DNA of 37,908 nucleotides from Conidiobolus incongruus B7586 (lineage: Eukaryota): the NCBI GenBank assembly GCA_000697335.1, contig JNEM01012537.1, forward strand, positions 1 to 37,908, in the 5' to 3' direction. Positions 13,083-24,326 of the stretch are shown here, piece after piece. A model generated the notes under the pieces. The model saw only the letters and a program-made list of their open reading frames with translations. It did no database searches and was not told where the DNA came from. Position numbers and translations under genes: made by a program. Each line of letters starts with the position of its first letter. Positions within the stretch are counted from its first letter, which is position 1.

Positions 13083-13862
13083 TTATTTAATAATTTTATT
13101 TAAAGAGAATTCCAGACTTTTTAAACTTTCATCATTTGAAAGTCTATGATCTCCTCCCTCTAATATAAAGATTCTCAATTGTTCACATTTGATCAATTCA
13201 ATATTTTTTAAAAATTGTTTTAGTGGAATATCTTCGTCTAAATCACCATGAATTAAATAAGTTGGAAAATTGATTGTAATTGGTGATTTCAATTCATATT
13301 GAATCATTGATTTGATCATATTAGTAGATATTGAATAAAAACCATTCGGATCATATTCGCTAGGTCTATAATAAATAGGATCGTCTATTACATTTAGTTC
13401 AATTATTTCATTTAGCCATTTACTACCAAAATTCCAACTACTTCCAATTCCTATCCACCCTCTAACATTTAATAGATTTTGAATGAATTGTATATTATAT
13501 AGAATTAGCCAATTACTAAAACTAGATCCAACAAATATCACATCTTTACAATGATATTTATCTTTAATTAGCTTGATCATTATTTGGTGATCGAATATAA
13601 ATTGATTAAATTTTAAATCATTATCAGATATCGAACCTGATGAATTGCCATGACCATAGTGGTCGTAAATAAAAAAGTTCAATTGGTTGCGCTTACAGTA
13701 ATCCAATATAAAATTTACTTTTTTAGAGTTGAGGGATGAAGATTGAAATCCATTCATCATTATTACTGTTATTGGTCTGTTTCTAGTGTTCATATATATC
13801 CAATAATTTAATAAGCCAGTTTGCCTGGAATTTGATATTTGGTAGTTTTTTAATTCGTTCAT
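13083..13862 (-). CDS. Alpha/beta hydrolase, ABHD10-like
   Basis: Motifs GFQSS...K, YDHYGHGNSSG, nucleophile elbow VGSSFSNW, LIHGDLDEDIP (acid) and GGDHRLS (His). Intronless. Start uncertain because two out-of-frame ATGs lie just upstream. Confidence 0.85.
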   Translation of the reverse strand: MNELKNYQISNSRQTGLLNYWIYMNTRNRPITVIMMNGFQSSSLNSKKVNFILDYCKRNQLNFFIYDHYGHGNSSGSISDNDLKFNQFIFDHQIMIKLIKDKYHCKDVIFVGSSFSNWLILYNIQFIQNLLNVRGWIGIGSSWNFGSKWLNEIIELNVIDDPIYYRPSEYDPNGFYSISTNMIKSMIQYELKSPITINFPTYLIHGDLDEDIPLKQFLKNIELIKCEQLRIFILEGGDHRLSNDESLKSLEFSLNKIIK

Positions 13863-14353
13863 TTCGAAAATTAACCATTGTTGATGTTGAAAGTCATATT
13901 AATAAACTTATATATTTAAATTCAGGAACCTCAAAATATGGGACATTCTATTTAACAATAAATTTTTTAGTAATACCTACAATAAAGTTCAATTATATAT
14001 CACAATGGACAAGGCAGCACACTGAGCAAGATTAATTGCTTTAAATTAACCTGATAATGTTGAAATAAAATATTTTTTCTAAAAAATATAATATCTCCTA
14101 AGTTTTAAAATAATATATATTTTATAATTTTTTTTTAAAAAAAATATTGATAATTAATAATAAATTTGTAAAATAATATCAATAAAAAAACATTTAAAGT
14201 TGATTATTTCAAATATTGATATATAAATATATTAATGTTCTATCCTCTTCAGTTTTTATATATACTAAAGAATATATTGATCTAAACCTGATACACAAAT
14301 CAAATAAGAATAGGTTAAAGTATAATTATGGTTAGATCAATATTATATTTTCA

Positions 14354-14680
14354 TGTCTTGGGAAAGCCGTGTCTATAGTAGTTCAGATAAAAGTGAGATC
14401 TGAGGAATTCCAGGTAAGTGTTAAGGAGATAAGGGGTTTATTGATTTAAGTCAAACGGCTGGGAGGACCCAGATCGAACTCTTCCTGCTGAGAATAGCTC
14501 TAATTCCGGGCTTTATATAGAGTGAGCTGGGTAAGGTGATTCATAAGGTTCTCCGGTGACTTGCATCATCGGCCAATTAAAAGATAGAGCGAGAGCAGAT
14601 GGTATGCGAGGGGGAAATGACTTTAACATTAGGTTGATGTTAGAATACTTGAGTAGAAGGGAGTCACCTGGCTCGCGACA
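14354..14680 (-). mobile_element. Solo LTR of an LTR retrotransposon (327 bp)
   Basis: Sharp GC-rich island with TGTC...GACA inverted termini. On the minus strand a TATA (CTATATAAAG, about 14520-14511) is followed by AATAAA (about 14440), giving U3-R-U5 order. No internal coding sequence. Confidence 0.75.
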
Positions 14681-16101
14681 ATATTTCCAATTTATTGCTG
14701 AAATAATTTAAAATACAATACATATGAATATTTCAAATAAAATTAAGAATATTTTTTATTGAAATTGAACAATGTTAATAATGATAGATTAATAGATTTT
14801 GTTTTGAACATTGAACATTACTACATTTATATCAATAATATTGATTTTTAATATATTCAATTTTTACAATTAAGAATATTAAACTAAAAAAACACTTGAA
14901 TGCTTTATTTGGAATTTTAGTAAAATTATTTATTATCTTTCAGTAGTATTCATAAGGTTGAATAACAATTTTATCAAATTAATTATAATAACTTTTTATA
15001 ACGTATTCGATAAATCTTCAATACTGAATTATTAGTATATATTATGTTTTTATTTTATTAATAGAGTTATTATAACCTTAAGGTCAATCAAGTTGTTGCT
15101 ATATGAAATTAAGTTTTCTAGTTACTGTGATTTTGTTAAATATATTAAAATAGTTATATTGTATAACAATTATAATTAACATAAAGATTTAGTTGATTTA
15201 TGACTATTGAAAATTACATTGGTTTATGTTTGTAGTTTTCGATTTTTATTCAGATCATCGAGATTAATTTGATAATAAAAGTAAATCATTTTATTAGAAT
15301 TGATCGACACAAGTAAATATAATACAATTTCAAGATTATAATATAGAAGATATTTACTAATCCCAAATATAGAAATAAATATTATTAGAAAATAATTGAC
15401 ATAATAAATTGTAGGAATTACAATATATAATTTTAAAAATATAATAATTATCAACAGTTAATAACCAATAATATCTGATAAATTTGTTATAAATTCATCT
15501 TAAATATATATTTATTAAATTTATATAGCTCATTGAAATATTAAACCATATTTAAAAAGTTATAAATTATGATTCAACTATAATCTAACCAATTTTAATT
15601 AATCAACCAATAATCTATTTAGTAGCTAATTCAATTATTTAAAATCAATTCAATTAATTAATAATATAATGAAAAATTTTCTTAAGCTAAATTTTAAAAC
15701 TTTTAATTCTAATCAACTAATATTAAAATTATTGACAATAGGATAATTAAATATAATGACAAACTATGAATAATGCAATTGATTGTAAATGGAAGATTTC
15801 AAAATGTTATTTAATTTGATAGAATGCAAATAAATGATATTCCAACTGCAATGAAATGAAAATATTATATTAACTAAGATTATCAAATTAATTTAGAATA
15901 TAATAATCACTTATATTATACAAGTTTGCTAATACAAAATTTAAGACCAAATTTCATGATTATATGATATATTTTAATATTGTAAAAAAGATTGGAAATC
16001 TAAATGTATTGTGGGATTAAAAAGTCATTTGTAATTTATAAATCATTAATTACAATGGTTATTATTTTCTTAAACTAACTTTTAAAAATTTTATGAATAT
16101 A

Positions 16102-17288
16102 TTACTTTATAATTTAAATAATTTAAATTCTTTTGCAATTGAAAATTTTTTTCAATATATAACATATAAAAATGAATATATAATATAAAATTAATAGTTT
16201 TTTTATTATTAATAACTTTTTACTATACTTTTAACAGACTTTTAATACTTAAAAAATAGTTACTTTTATTAAAAACTCAAATTTGATATTTTATAAACTA
16301 ATTAAATTTTCCTATAGAAATTTTCTATCTTATAAATTAGTTTTTTAATTAATTAAAATAATTATAATAACATAAGTTATAATCTAAAAAATATATTAAA
16401 TATAGTAATTATTTCTGATTAGAAAATTCTTTATAACTTTAATATTATATATTTTATAATTATTATATAAATTAATAGGTTTTATTAAATTATATTAAAA
16501 ATACTAATTAATAAATACTTTATTTAAAAAATAATATAAAATATATTATTAAGTGATTTTCTTTTAGAGATTAAATATGAATAATATATACTATTATAAT
16601 TTATTATAATATTCAACATTTGATTATAAATAAAATACTTATTTAAAGGGATTTATAAAAGGGATTAATTTAGGTTAATTTAATATTTTGATTTATATTT
16701 TAATAAAAGATTATATTGAAAATATAGGATTTATTAATTATAATGATTTATTATAAAACTTAAGTTTTTAATTATACTTAAATAAGTTTTATTTAATAAT
16801 AATTATATTAACTTTTTTAAGCTTTATTTAAATTATATGGTATATATTTTATATTTATATTAATTAAGTTTAAATTTTAATATAAAAAATATTTAAGTAA
16901 TTTATATTAAAGTATGTTAATAACTTTTAGTTAAAATAAATAATATCTTTGATATATTTTTAACTTTATTAACAATTAAAAACATAATAGTTGAAATTAA
17001 TTTCTTAAATTTTAACAGGTTTTAAATAGTTTTCTTTAAAGTAATTTACTTAATAGTAAATAATAGATTCAAATAATATTTTTTTTATTAAAAATTATTT
17101 GTAAATTTTAAATAATTTTAAAGGGTTTATAGTTAAGTTATAGTAATATTAAAATAAAAAACTTCTAATAATTATTATTTATTTTAAGCATAATTAAATT
17201 AAATAACAAATTTAAAAAAAATATTATTTTAATCAAAAGAGCTATTATATATATATAATTTAAAACTATATATTTTCTTATTTGTATA

Positions 17289-17346
<58 letters not shown>

Positions 17347-17413
17347 TGAAACTAATAATATGTTTAAAAAATTAGAAATTAAAAAATTTATCATTTCTTC
17401 ATATGCAAGGTAA
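16102..17413 (-). mobile_element. Full-length, heavily AT-converted mariner relic (copy B)
   Basis: Colinear with 19511..20814 at both ends and in the internal segments compared. Both termini are recognisable (ta|ttactttataatttaaataat and gcaaggtaa|ta) and flanked by TA. Confidence 0.9.
17289..17346. repeat. (TAT/TTA)n microsatellite, about 19 units, inside mariner copy B
   Basis: Perfect trinucleotide tandem repeat seen directly. Confidence 0.97.
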
Positions 17414-17710
17414 TATTTTAATTATATCACTATATTGTAAATAATATAGTGACTATAATAATGATCAATTATACTATATTAAACAATTCTTTAAAAATGA
17501 ATCAAAATAAATAAAAATAACGATCATCAATTTATTCAACAAAATATTTCCTTAATGATTACTATTCAATATATAGTGATAGATGCTTATCTAAACATAT
17601 CTTTTGCAATAACCATAATTATAATCTAACTGAAATACTATATATATCATATCCAGAAATACTCCCGTCACTATCATTCTTACTTTCATATCATTTATAA
17701 CTTTTACATC

Positions 17711-17890
17711 ATGAGCATTTTCAAAATCACTTCTTTTGTTGCACTTATCTCTACAGTCATCACATCTCCTCTTTTCCAGGGACTTAGGAATGGCTTTCCA
17801 GTTTTAGATGGTGAACCTATTGTGGAATCAAAACAAGCTGCCGGAAGTGTTGGTTCAAGTGAAAATGTCATTTTAAATGGTGGGGAATAA
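17711..17890 (+). CDS. Small secreted peptide, 59 aa: MSIFKITSFVALISTVITSPLFQGLRNGFPVLDGEPIVESKQAAGSVGSSENVILNGGE
   Basis: ATG-to-TAA ORF just below the ORF-track cutoff, with GC above the flanks and a signal-peptide-like N-terminus followed by S-P. TATATA lies about 70 bp upstream and AATAAA at about 17941. Confidence 0.7.
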   Translation: MSIFKITSFVALISTVITSPLFQGLRNGFPVLDGEPIVESKQAAGSVGSSENVILNGGE

Positions 17891-18604
17891 ACCTTTCATT
17901 CCATATCTTATATCGAGATTTTTATCTCTATATTCATATTAATAAATCTTTCATATCATTCATTTTATCAACTTGTTTACAATGACCCATATTTATTATC
18001 ATTTGTAAGGCTATCTTTTTAGGGGAGTAATGACTTTTAGTAAGAGCGAGAAAAGTATGACCTTTTGAAGGGTGATCAGCTAAAAGAAAACCTGAATAGA
18101 GTACTTTTCAAAATCGATATTAGCTTGAATTAAGCTCAAACTAAGAACTGTGCTGAAGTTAATCTTCTTGTATTTACAACTAAACAGCACCTTTGTAAGT
18201 TACAAGTGAAAAAAGAAGATGCTATACTTTAAAAGATAGAATAGAATTGAAAGTTTATTATGTGTTAATTGAGAATTATTTTTATTTCAATAAACTCAGA
18301 ATGGGTGGCTAATGTTATTTATTAATTGAGAGTAGAGTTATTGTTGATCCCAAGTTTGACTTTTTAATCTTATTGATTTCCCAGTTCAGTGTGAAAACTG
18401 AAGTTCTTAGAACAAGAATGGAAAATTACATCCACATATTCTATTTCCGCAAAATAGTTTTAGAATTTTTCAAAATTTAAATTTTTTAATCTCGTGACTT
18501 TGAATTCGAACCAAACAATGGGTCACGTGGAACTTCTTAAATTTATATAAATCAGAATCAATTAATAAAATATTTATTTTTCAAGATTGAATTATTTTTA
18601 TAGT

Positions 18605-19042
18605 ATGAGCACTCTAAATCACTTTAAATTGAGAGGTATCTTCGAATTTCCTTTGGGTGTTATCGCTTACTCTTATCCACATATTTTACCAGTTGCTAAT
18701 TTGGATCTCAGTTCAACTGGAGTTCAATTCATTATTAAACTTTTAGGCGTTAGTTTGATCACATTATTCATACTTGGATACTTTGCTGGAGGTCTTCCCA
18801 AAAATGATCAAAATAGACGTAGTATAAGTTTAACTTTAAGTGGTTATCACGGTAGTTTAGCTTCAGTATTTTTATCGTCACAGGGTGTTCTTAAATTTCC
18901 AGTCCTCAGTTCTCTACCTTGGGAGTTGATCTTATTCATTTATCACAGTTATTTTGCCTATGTTTTTTATATGGAATATATTAATCAAGCTGACATAGAA
19001 GGTAGTAAAGGTGCTGATTACGGTACGAATACAAAACTTTAA
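18605..19042 (+). CDS. Hypothetical small multi-pass membrane protein (about 4 TM, 145 aa)
   Basis: First ATG at 18605. Four hydrophobic segments, with YH in helices 3 and 4. TATATAAA and GTCACGTG lie upstream. Family not recognised. Confidence 0.75.
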   Translation: MSTLNHFKLRGIFEFPLGVIAYSYPHILPVANLDLSSTGVQFIIKLLGVSLITLFILGYFAGGLPKNDQNRRSISLTLSGYHGSLASVFLSSQGVLKFPVLSSLPWELILFIYHSYFAYVFYMEYINQADIEGSKGADYGTNTKL

Positions 19043-19510
19043 TAAAACTATTTATAATCGTTGTTAAATATATCATATTGGTACTTTATCTACTGAATTA
19101 TATCAAATCAAAATTGTCGTAATTTTTATGAATTTGGAATATTGCTATTTTGCTATTGATCTATATTTTAAATAATATAATATATTAATTTCAGAATAAA
19201 CAAAGTCAATGAAATATATTTTTTAATAAAATTGGATATTTACAAGTCTTAAATATAACACATTTTTACTAGTTATATTTAACTTATGGTATATAATAAA
19301 AAGACATTTAAGAATATTTTATTTCAGAATATTGAATTTTAATTTTTTATTTTTAATTTTCATATTTCTGATAATAATGCAATTATTTGATATTACTATG
19401 GTTTAAAAATTTGAAATATTATGTTGATAATTGAATCTAAGATATAATACAGTAAAAATAACTTTATATTATGTATTAACTATACATAATATGAAATTCA
19501 GTAATTAATA

Positions 19511-20814
19511 TTACTCTGCATTTTTAATAATGGGAATTTTTTGCAATTAAAAATAAATAAACATTTGAATATATGATATATAAAAATAAATATATAAAAT
19601 AAATTTAATAGTTTCTTTTATTATTAATAACTTTTTGCCATACTTTTAGCAAACTTCTAACACCTAAAAAACAGTTTTTTTTATTAAGGACTGAAATTTG
19701 ATGTTTCACAAACCAATTAAATTTTCCTGCAGAAATTTTCTTTCCTGCAAGCTGGTTTTTTAATTGCCTAAAGCAATTATAATCACATAGGTTATAATCA
19801 AGGGAATATACTGGATGTGGTAGTTTTTTCCAGTTATTTTTAATTAGAAAGTTTTTTACAGCTTTAGATTTATGTATTTTGCAATTATCATGCAAAATAA
19901 TAGGTCTTCTCAAACTATATTGAGAACACTAATTAGAAATACTTTTATTTAAAAAAACAATATATAGTTTATTATTAATTGATTTTCCTTCAGGAACTAA
20001 ATAAGAATAGCATATACCATTATAATCTATTACAATAATTAACATTCACTTATTAACAAAGTGTTTATTTAAAGGGATTTGTGGAGGGGGTTGATTTAGC
20101 TTAATCCAGCATCTTGATTTGTGTTTTAGTAAAAGATTATACATAAGGATCTAAGATTCATCAATTGTAATTATTTGCTGTAAAAGTTTAGGCTTCTAGT
20201 AATATTTTAATAGGTTTTATTTAACAATAGCTACTCTAGCTTTTTTTTAAGCTTTAGTTAAATTATAAGGTACCTATTTTACATTTTTATTTATTAATTT
20301 TAGTTTAAACTTTAAAATATATAAAATACTTGTAAAACTAATATTAAAGTGCTTAAATAATTCTTTAGCTGAAATAAAAAGGTGCTTTTCAATATATTTT
20401 TTCACTCTATTTACAATTAAAAGAGTAACAGTTGAAGTTGGTTTTAGATTTTAACAGGTTTTGAATAGTTTCTCTCCTAGCTTTAAAGTAATTTACCTAG
20501 TGATAAATTGTTGATTTAGATAATGCTTCATTACCAAAAGCTGCTTGTAAATTTTAAATAATTTTAGAGGGTTTATGGTTAAGTTTTACTAATACCAAAA
20601 TAAAAGACTTTTGATGATCACTATTTGGTTTAAGCATGATTAAATTAAACAACCAATTTTAAAAAGTTAATTTTTTAATCAAAAAAACTAATATATATAT
20701 ATTAAAAATATATAATTTCCTATTAACTTTGTATATATTTATTCATTTCAAACTAATAATATGTTTGAAAAATCAGAAATTAAAAAATTTCCCATTATTT
20801 CAAATTCAAGGTAA
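19511..20814 (-). mobile_element. Tc1/mariner DD34D element, 1304 bp (copy A, best preserved)
   Basis: Imperfect terminal inverted repeats (TTACTCTGCATTTTTAATAATGGGAA vs TTACCTTGAATTTGAAATAATGGGAA), TA target duplication and typical mariner length. Confidence 0.93.
19605..20637 (-). pseudogene. Mariner transposase pseudogene (about 344 aa ancestral)
   Basis: HTH region (AFGNEALSKSTIYH*VNYFK), K*VPYNL (WVPHEL-type motif), IITIDES*I, ILHDN...HPVYSLDYNLCDY with 34 residues between the second and third catalytic Asp. Several TAG/TAA stops and a 2-nt frameshift at the SGRP motif. Confidence 0.93.
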
Positions 20815-21753
20815 TATTTTGAATATTTAAAACCAAAACTTAAAATTTTCTTTGATTTGAATTTAATCAAAATTATCATTTGTGATAACTTATGCTTTGA
20901 AGATTTATTGAACATTTTATTATAATATTTACCCCAATATATTCCATAATCATATTGAAATGAAATATCATTTAATTGTTTTATAATATTATATATTGTT
21001 AGAAATTAGTTATAATAATTATTTGATTATAAAAAATTAAGCTTTTCCACTTCTCTTTTCCAATTAAAATTATGATATATAAGTTTTTATTATATAGACT
21101 ACAAATTATATATTTATAATATGATATGGATTATCAAGATATATTATCAACATTAATTAATATCGTGTAATTGATTTAGTATGTTTAAGTATATTTTGAT
21201 TGATCTATAATACTTGATAATATAGATCATTAATTCAAGGTTTATATTTTCATTTCGAATGATTTTAAAATTAATGAAATGAAAGCTAGGCTAATTATTC
21301 AATTATGACTGAATTTTCAATGGTGCTATTTGTTATTATATCGAATTGGTTTTAATTTGATAATTTATTGTTAATGAAGATGCCAACTTAATAATCTAAT
21401 TATTATTTTAGAATTTTCATTTTATAGGTGTGATGTCGTGCTATTAATAAATATTAATTATTAAGAGAGGTAAAATCTATATATAAAATTGAATTAAAAT
21501 GCAGAAAATTTTGATAAATTGAAATAATTAACTGGTATATTGTTTAAAAGTATTCAAAAATAATTATAATTAAACGTAAATTATATAAGTAATAGCAGTC
21601 CTAAAATCAATAAAAATTGTGTTGAATTTAATATTTTGATAACAATTGGATTGCCTAAATTAATCAAAATTATATTTGAATTATAGATATTGTTAGTAAA
21701 TTTAATTGCTATTTTTCCATAAAAATTTTAATTTGATTTAATATTGAAACCTT

Positions 21754-22026
21754 TTAGATATTTACTCTTGCAATTGGAGATTCGTACTTCCAAGCGGAAC
21801 TAGTAGCAAAATCTTTGGGTGCAATAGGATTATCGGTCTGACCTCGACGAGTGCCGGTTAAGCGTTCATCACGATCCATCATCATGGTATCCCACATGTC
21901 CATATTATATCTAGGAGGTTTTCCTTCATTACGATAAGTTTGGACAAGTCTGAGAGCGCCACCGGTGACACCGAACATAGCGGTAATAATACCTAGGGGG
22001 ACTAAAGCTGCAAATGGAACTGGCAT
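21754..22026 (-). CDS. NDUFA1: NADH:ubiquinone oxidoreductase subunit NDUFA1 (MWFE) homologue
   Basis: MPVPFAALVPLGIITAMFGVTG...NEGKPPRYNMDMWD..MMDRDERLTG..RGQ matches the fungal MWFE subunit pattern. Confidence 0.92.
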   Translation of the reverse strand: MPVPFAALVPLGIITAMFGVTGGALRLVQTYRNEGKPPRYNMDMWDTMMMDRDERLTGTRRGQTDNPIAPKDFATSSAWKYESPIARVNI

Positions 22027-22490
22027 TATTATTTAATTAAAGATATTAAAATGAAATTTAATTATTATCTTATTTATCTTTTTAAATCACTCACCATCTT
22101 ATCAATAACAATATAAGAAAAATTGATGAATCGATTTAAATTTATGGGATTATTCAACTTTTAATAATTCAAGAAATTGAACCAATCAAATATTGAGAAT
22201 TTCGTTATCAAATTTTCAATTTTATAGCATCAATTAATTCAAAGTTTTTAAAATTTGTCTTTCATTCCTAATAGAAAAATCAATCAATTTTTTATAAAAG
22301 TAGAGCTATTTAAAAAGCTTTTAATATAGATTTCATTTTAGACCATTTATTATTAAAAGATTTTTATTTATCTTTTAGTTTATTTTCTCATTTTTAATTC
22401 AAGTTGTAAGTTGAATATTTTTTTTATTTTAGTGGATTTTGAACTGATCAATCTATGTATTTTAGAGAATATTACAAATATATATATATA

Positions 22491-24039
22491 ATGTTAGTAC
22501 TTTACGAAACAGCCGCTGGTTACGCTCTTTTTAAAGTGAAAGACGATGGCAAAGTGTTGAACGATGTAGATCAACTCTATAAAGAGTTTGAGGATGGTGA
22601 AAGAGCTCAAAAGCTGTAAGCTTAATTTACTCAATTCCCCATTCCAGAATTTAAACTGACATCACTTTGTTTTTGTTTTTCCAATAATTTTGGTCTTTAG
22701 GATTAAATTGAAAGGCTTTTCCAAATTTGAAAACACTGCTGAAGCTATGGCCGCTGTCACTGCCTTGGTTGAAGGCAAAGTTTCCTCTGGTTTAGAAGAA
22801 TTTTTAACTGCTGAGATCAAGGATCTTAAGAAAGAGCAATTGATCGTTGCTGACAACAAGTTGGGAAGTGCTATTTCCAAGAAGCTCGGTATCAAGGTTG
22901 TCTCTGATGCCAATGTTCAAGAACTCTACCGTGGTATTCGTTCCCAAATTGAAAATTTAATCACTGGTCTTTCCGCCAAAGACTTATCTTCCATGTCTCT
23001 CGGTTTATCCCACAGTCTTTCTCGTTATAAGCTCAAATTCAGCCCTGATAAGGTTGATACTATGATTGTTCAAGCTATTGCCCTTTTAGATGATTTAGAT
23101 AAAGATCTCAATACTTATGCTATGCGTGCCAAAGAATGGTATGGCTGGCACTTCCCCGAAATGTCCAAGATCATCACCGATAACTTGGCCTTTGCCAAAA
23201 TTGTTAAGGCTGCTGGTTTCCGTACTAACATCAGAACTACTGATCTTTCAGAAATTCTCCCTGAAGAACTCGAAAAGGAAATCAAGGATGCCGCCGAAAT
23301 TTCCATGGGCACTGAAATTTCCAACGAAGATATTGACCACATCACTGAATTATGTGATCAAGTCATTGCCCTCACCGCTTATCGTACTCAATTATACGAC
23401 TACATTAAGAATCGTATGAATGCTATTGCTCCCAACCTTACTGCTCTCGTTGGTGAACTTGTTGGTGCTAGATTGATTGCTCATGCTGGTTCTCTCATGA
23501 CTCTTGCTAAGTATCCTGCCAGTACTGTCCAAATTCTTGGTGCTGAAAAGGCTCTTTTTAGAGCTTTGAAGACCAAGCACGATACCCCCAAATACGGTCT
23601 CATTTACCACGCCAGTGTCATTGGTCAAGCTGGTCCCAAGTTGAAGGGTAAAGTTGCCCGTATGTTATCCACCAAAGCTGCTCTTTCCATCCGTGTTGAT
23701 GCTTTGGGAGAAGAAGAATCTTCTGAAATGGGTACCGAACAAAGAATCGATTTAGAAAATCGTGTCAGACAATTAGAAGGTCGTCCTACCGTTCCTCGTC
23801 CTCAGCAATTGAATAAGAGCCAAAAGAAATTCGAATCTAAGCCCGTCACCGCCTACAATCCCGCTTCCGACTTCACTCCCGCTCCCGCCAAGCGTGCTTT
23901 GGAAGAAGAAGTCAATGGCAATGGCGAAGCTGCCGAAGCCAAGGCCGAAAAGAAGGCTAAGAAGGAAAAGAAAGAGAAGAAAGAAAAGAAAGAGAAGAAG
24001 GAAAAGAAAGAAAAGAAAGAAAAGAAATCCAAGGACTAA
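22491..24039 (+). CDS. NOP58: Box C/D snoRNP protein NOP58; exons 22491-22615 and 22701-24039
   Basis: N-terminus MLVLYETAAGYALFK. NOP58-type SLGLSHSLSRYKLKFSPDKVDTMIVQAI, GAEKALFRALKTKHDTPKYGLIYH and a KKE tail. An 85-nt GT-AG intron restores the frame. Confidence 0.96.
23950..24030 (+). repeat. Coding KKE tandem repeat of the NOP58 tail
   Basis: Repeated 9-nt AAR-AAR-GAR units, normal for NOP56/58. Confidence 0.9.
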
Positions 24040-24326
24040 TTCCTCTACTTTAATCTCTCGTGTATTTCAAATTACCATCCATCATGAAATTTTATATTCA
24101 GCCCATTATATTAGATTATTACTTTAATACTGTATTAAATTATTGCTTGCTATCGTAAACTCTTAATTTTTTGTTTTATATTTCATTTGTTTATTTATTT
24201 GTTAATCTATTATATTTATATAATAATGACTTATCATATATAGTTCGATATGTAATATTATTGAGTATGAGTAAATTTCAGTTTGAAAAATTGTTAAAAT
24301 TGAATCTGCGAGATATCAAATCAGTA

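Noticed and set aside
15224..15860. Hydrophobic ORF fragments that could be a decayed multi-TM/GPCR gene
   Set aside because: Ile/Phe/Tyr/Leu richness is expected from AT-rich DNA, and no diagnostic motif was found.
6742..17890. RiPP cluster idea (UstQ-like tyrosinase plus small secreted peptide)
   Set aside because: The genes are 10 kb apart with unrelated genes between, the peptide has no repeated Kex2-flanked cores, and there is no DUF3328/UstY gene.
22616..22700. Possible intronic box C/D snoRNA in NOP58
   Set aside because: CTGA belongs to a branch-like CTGAC, and there is no C box (RTGATGA).
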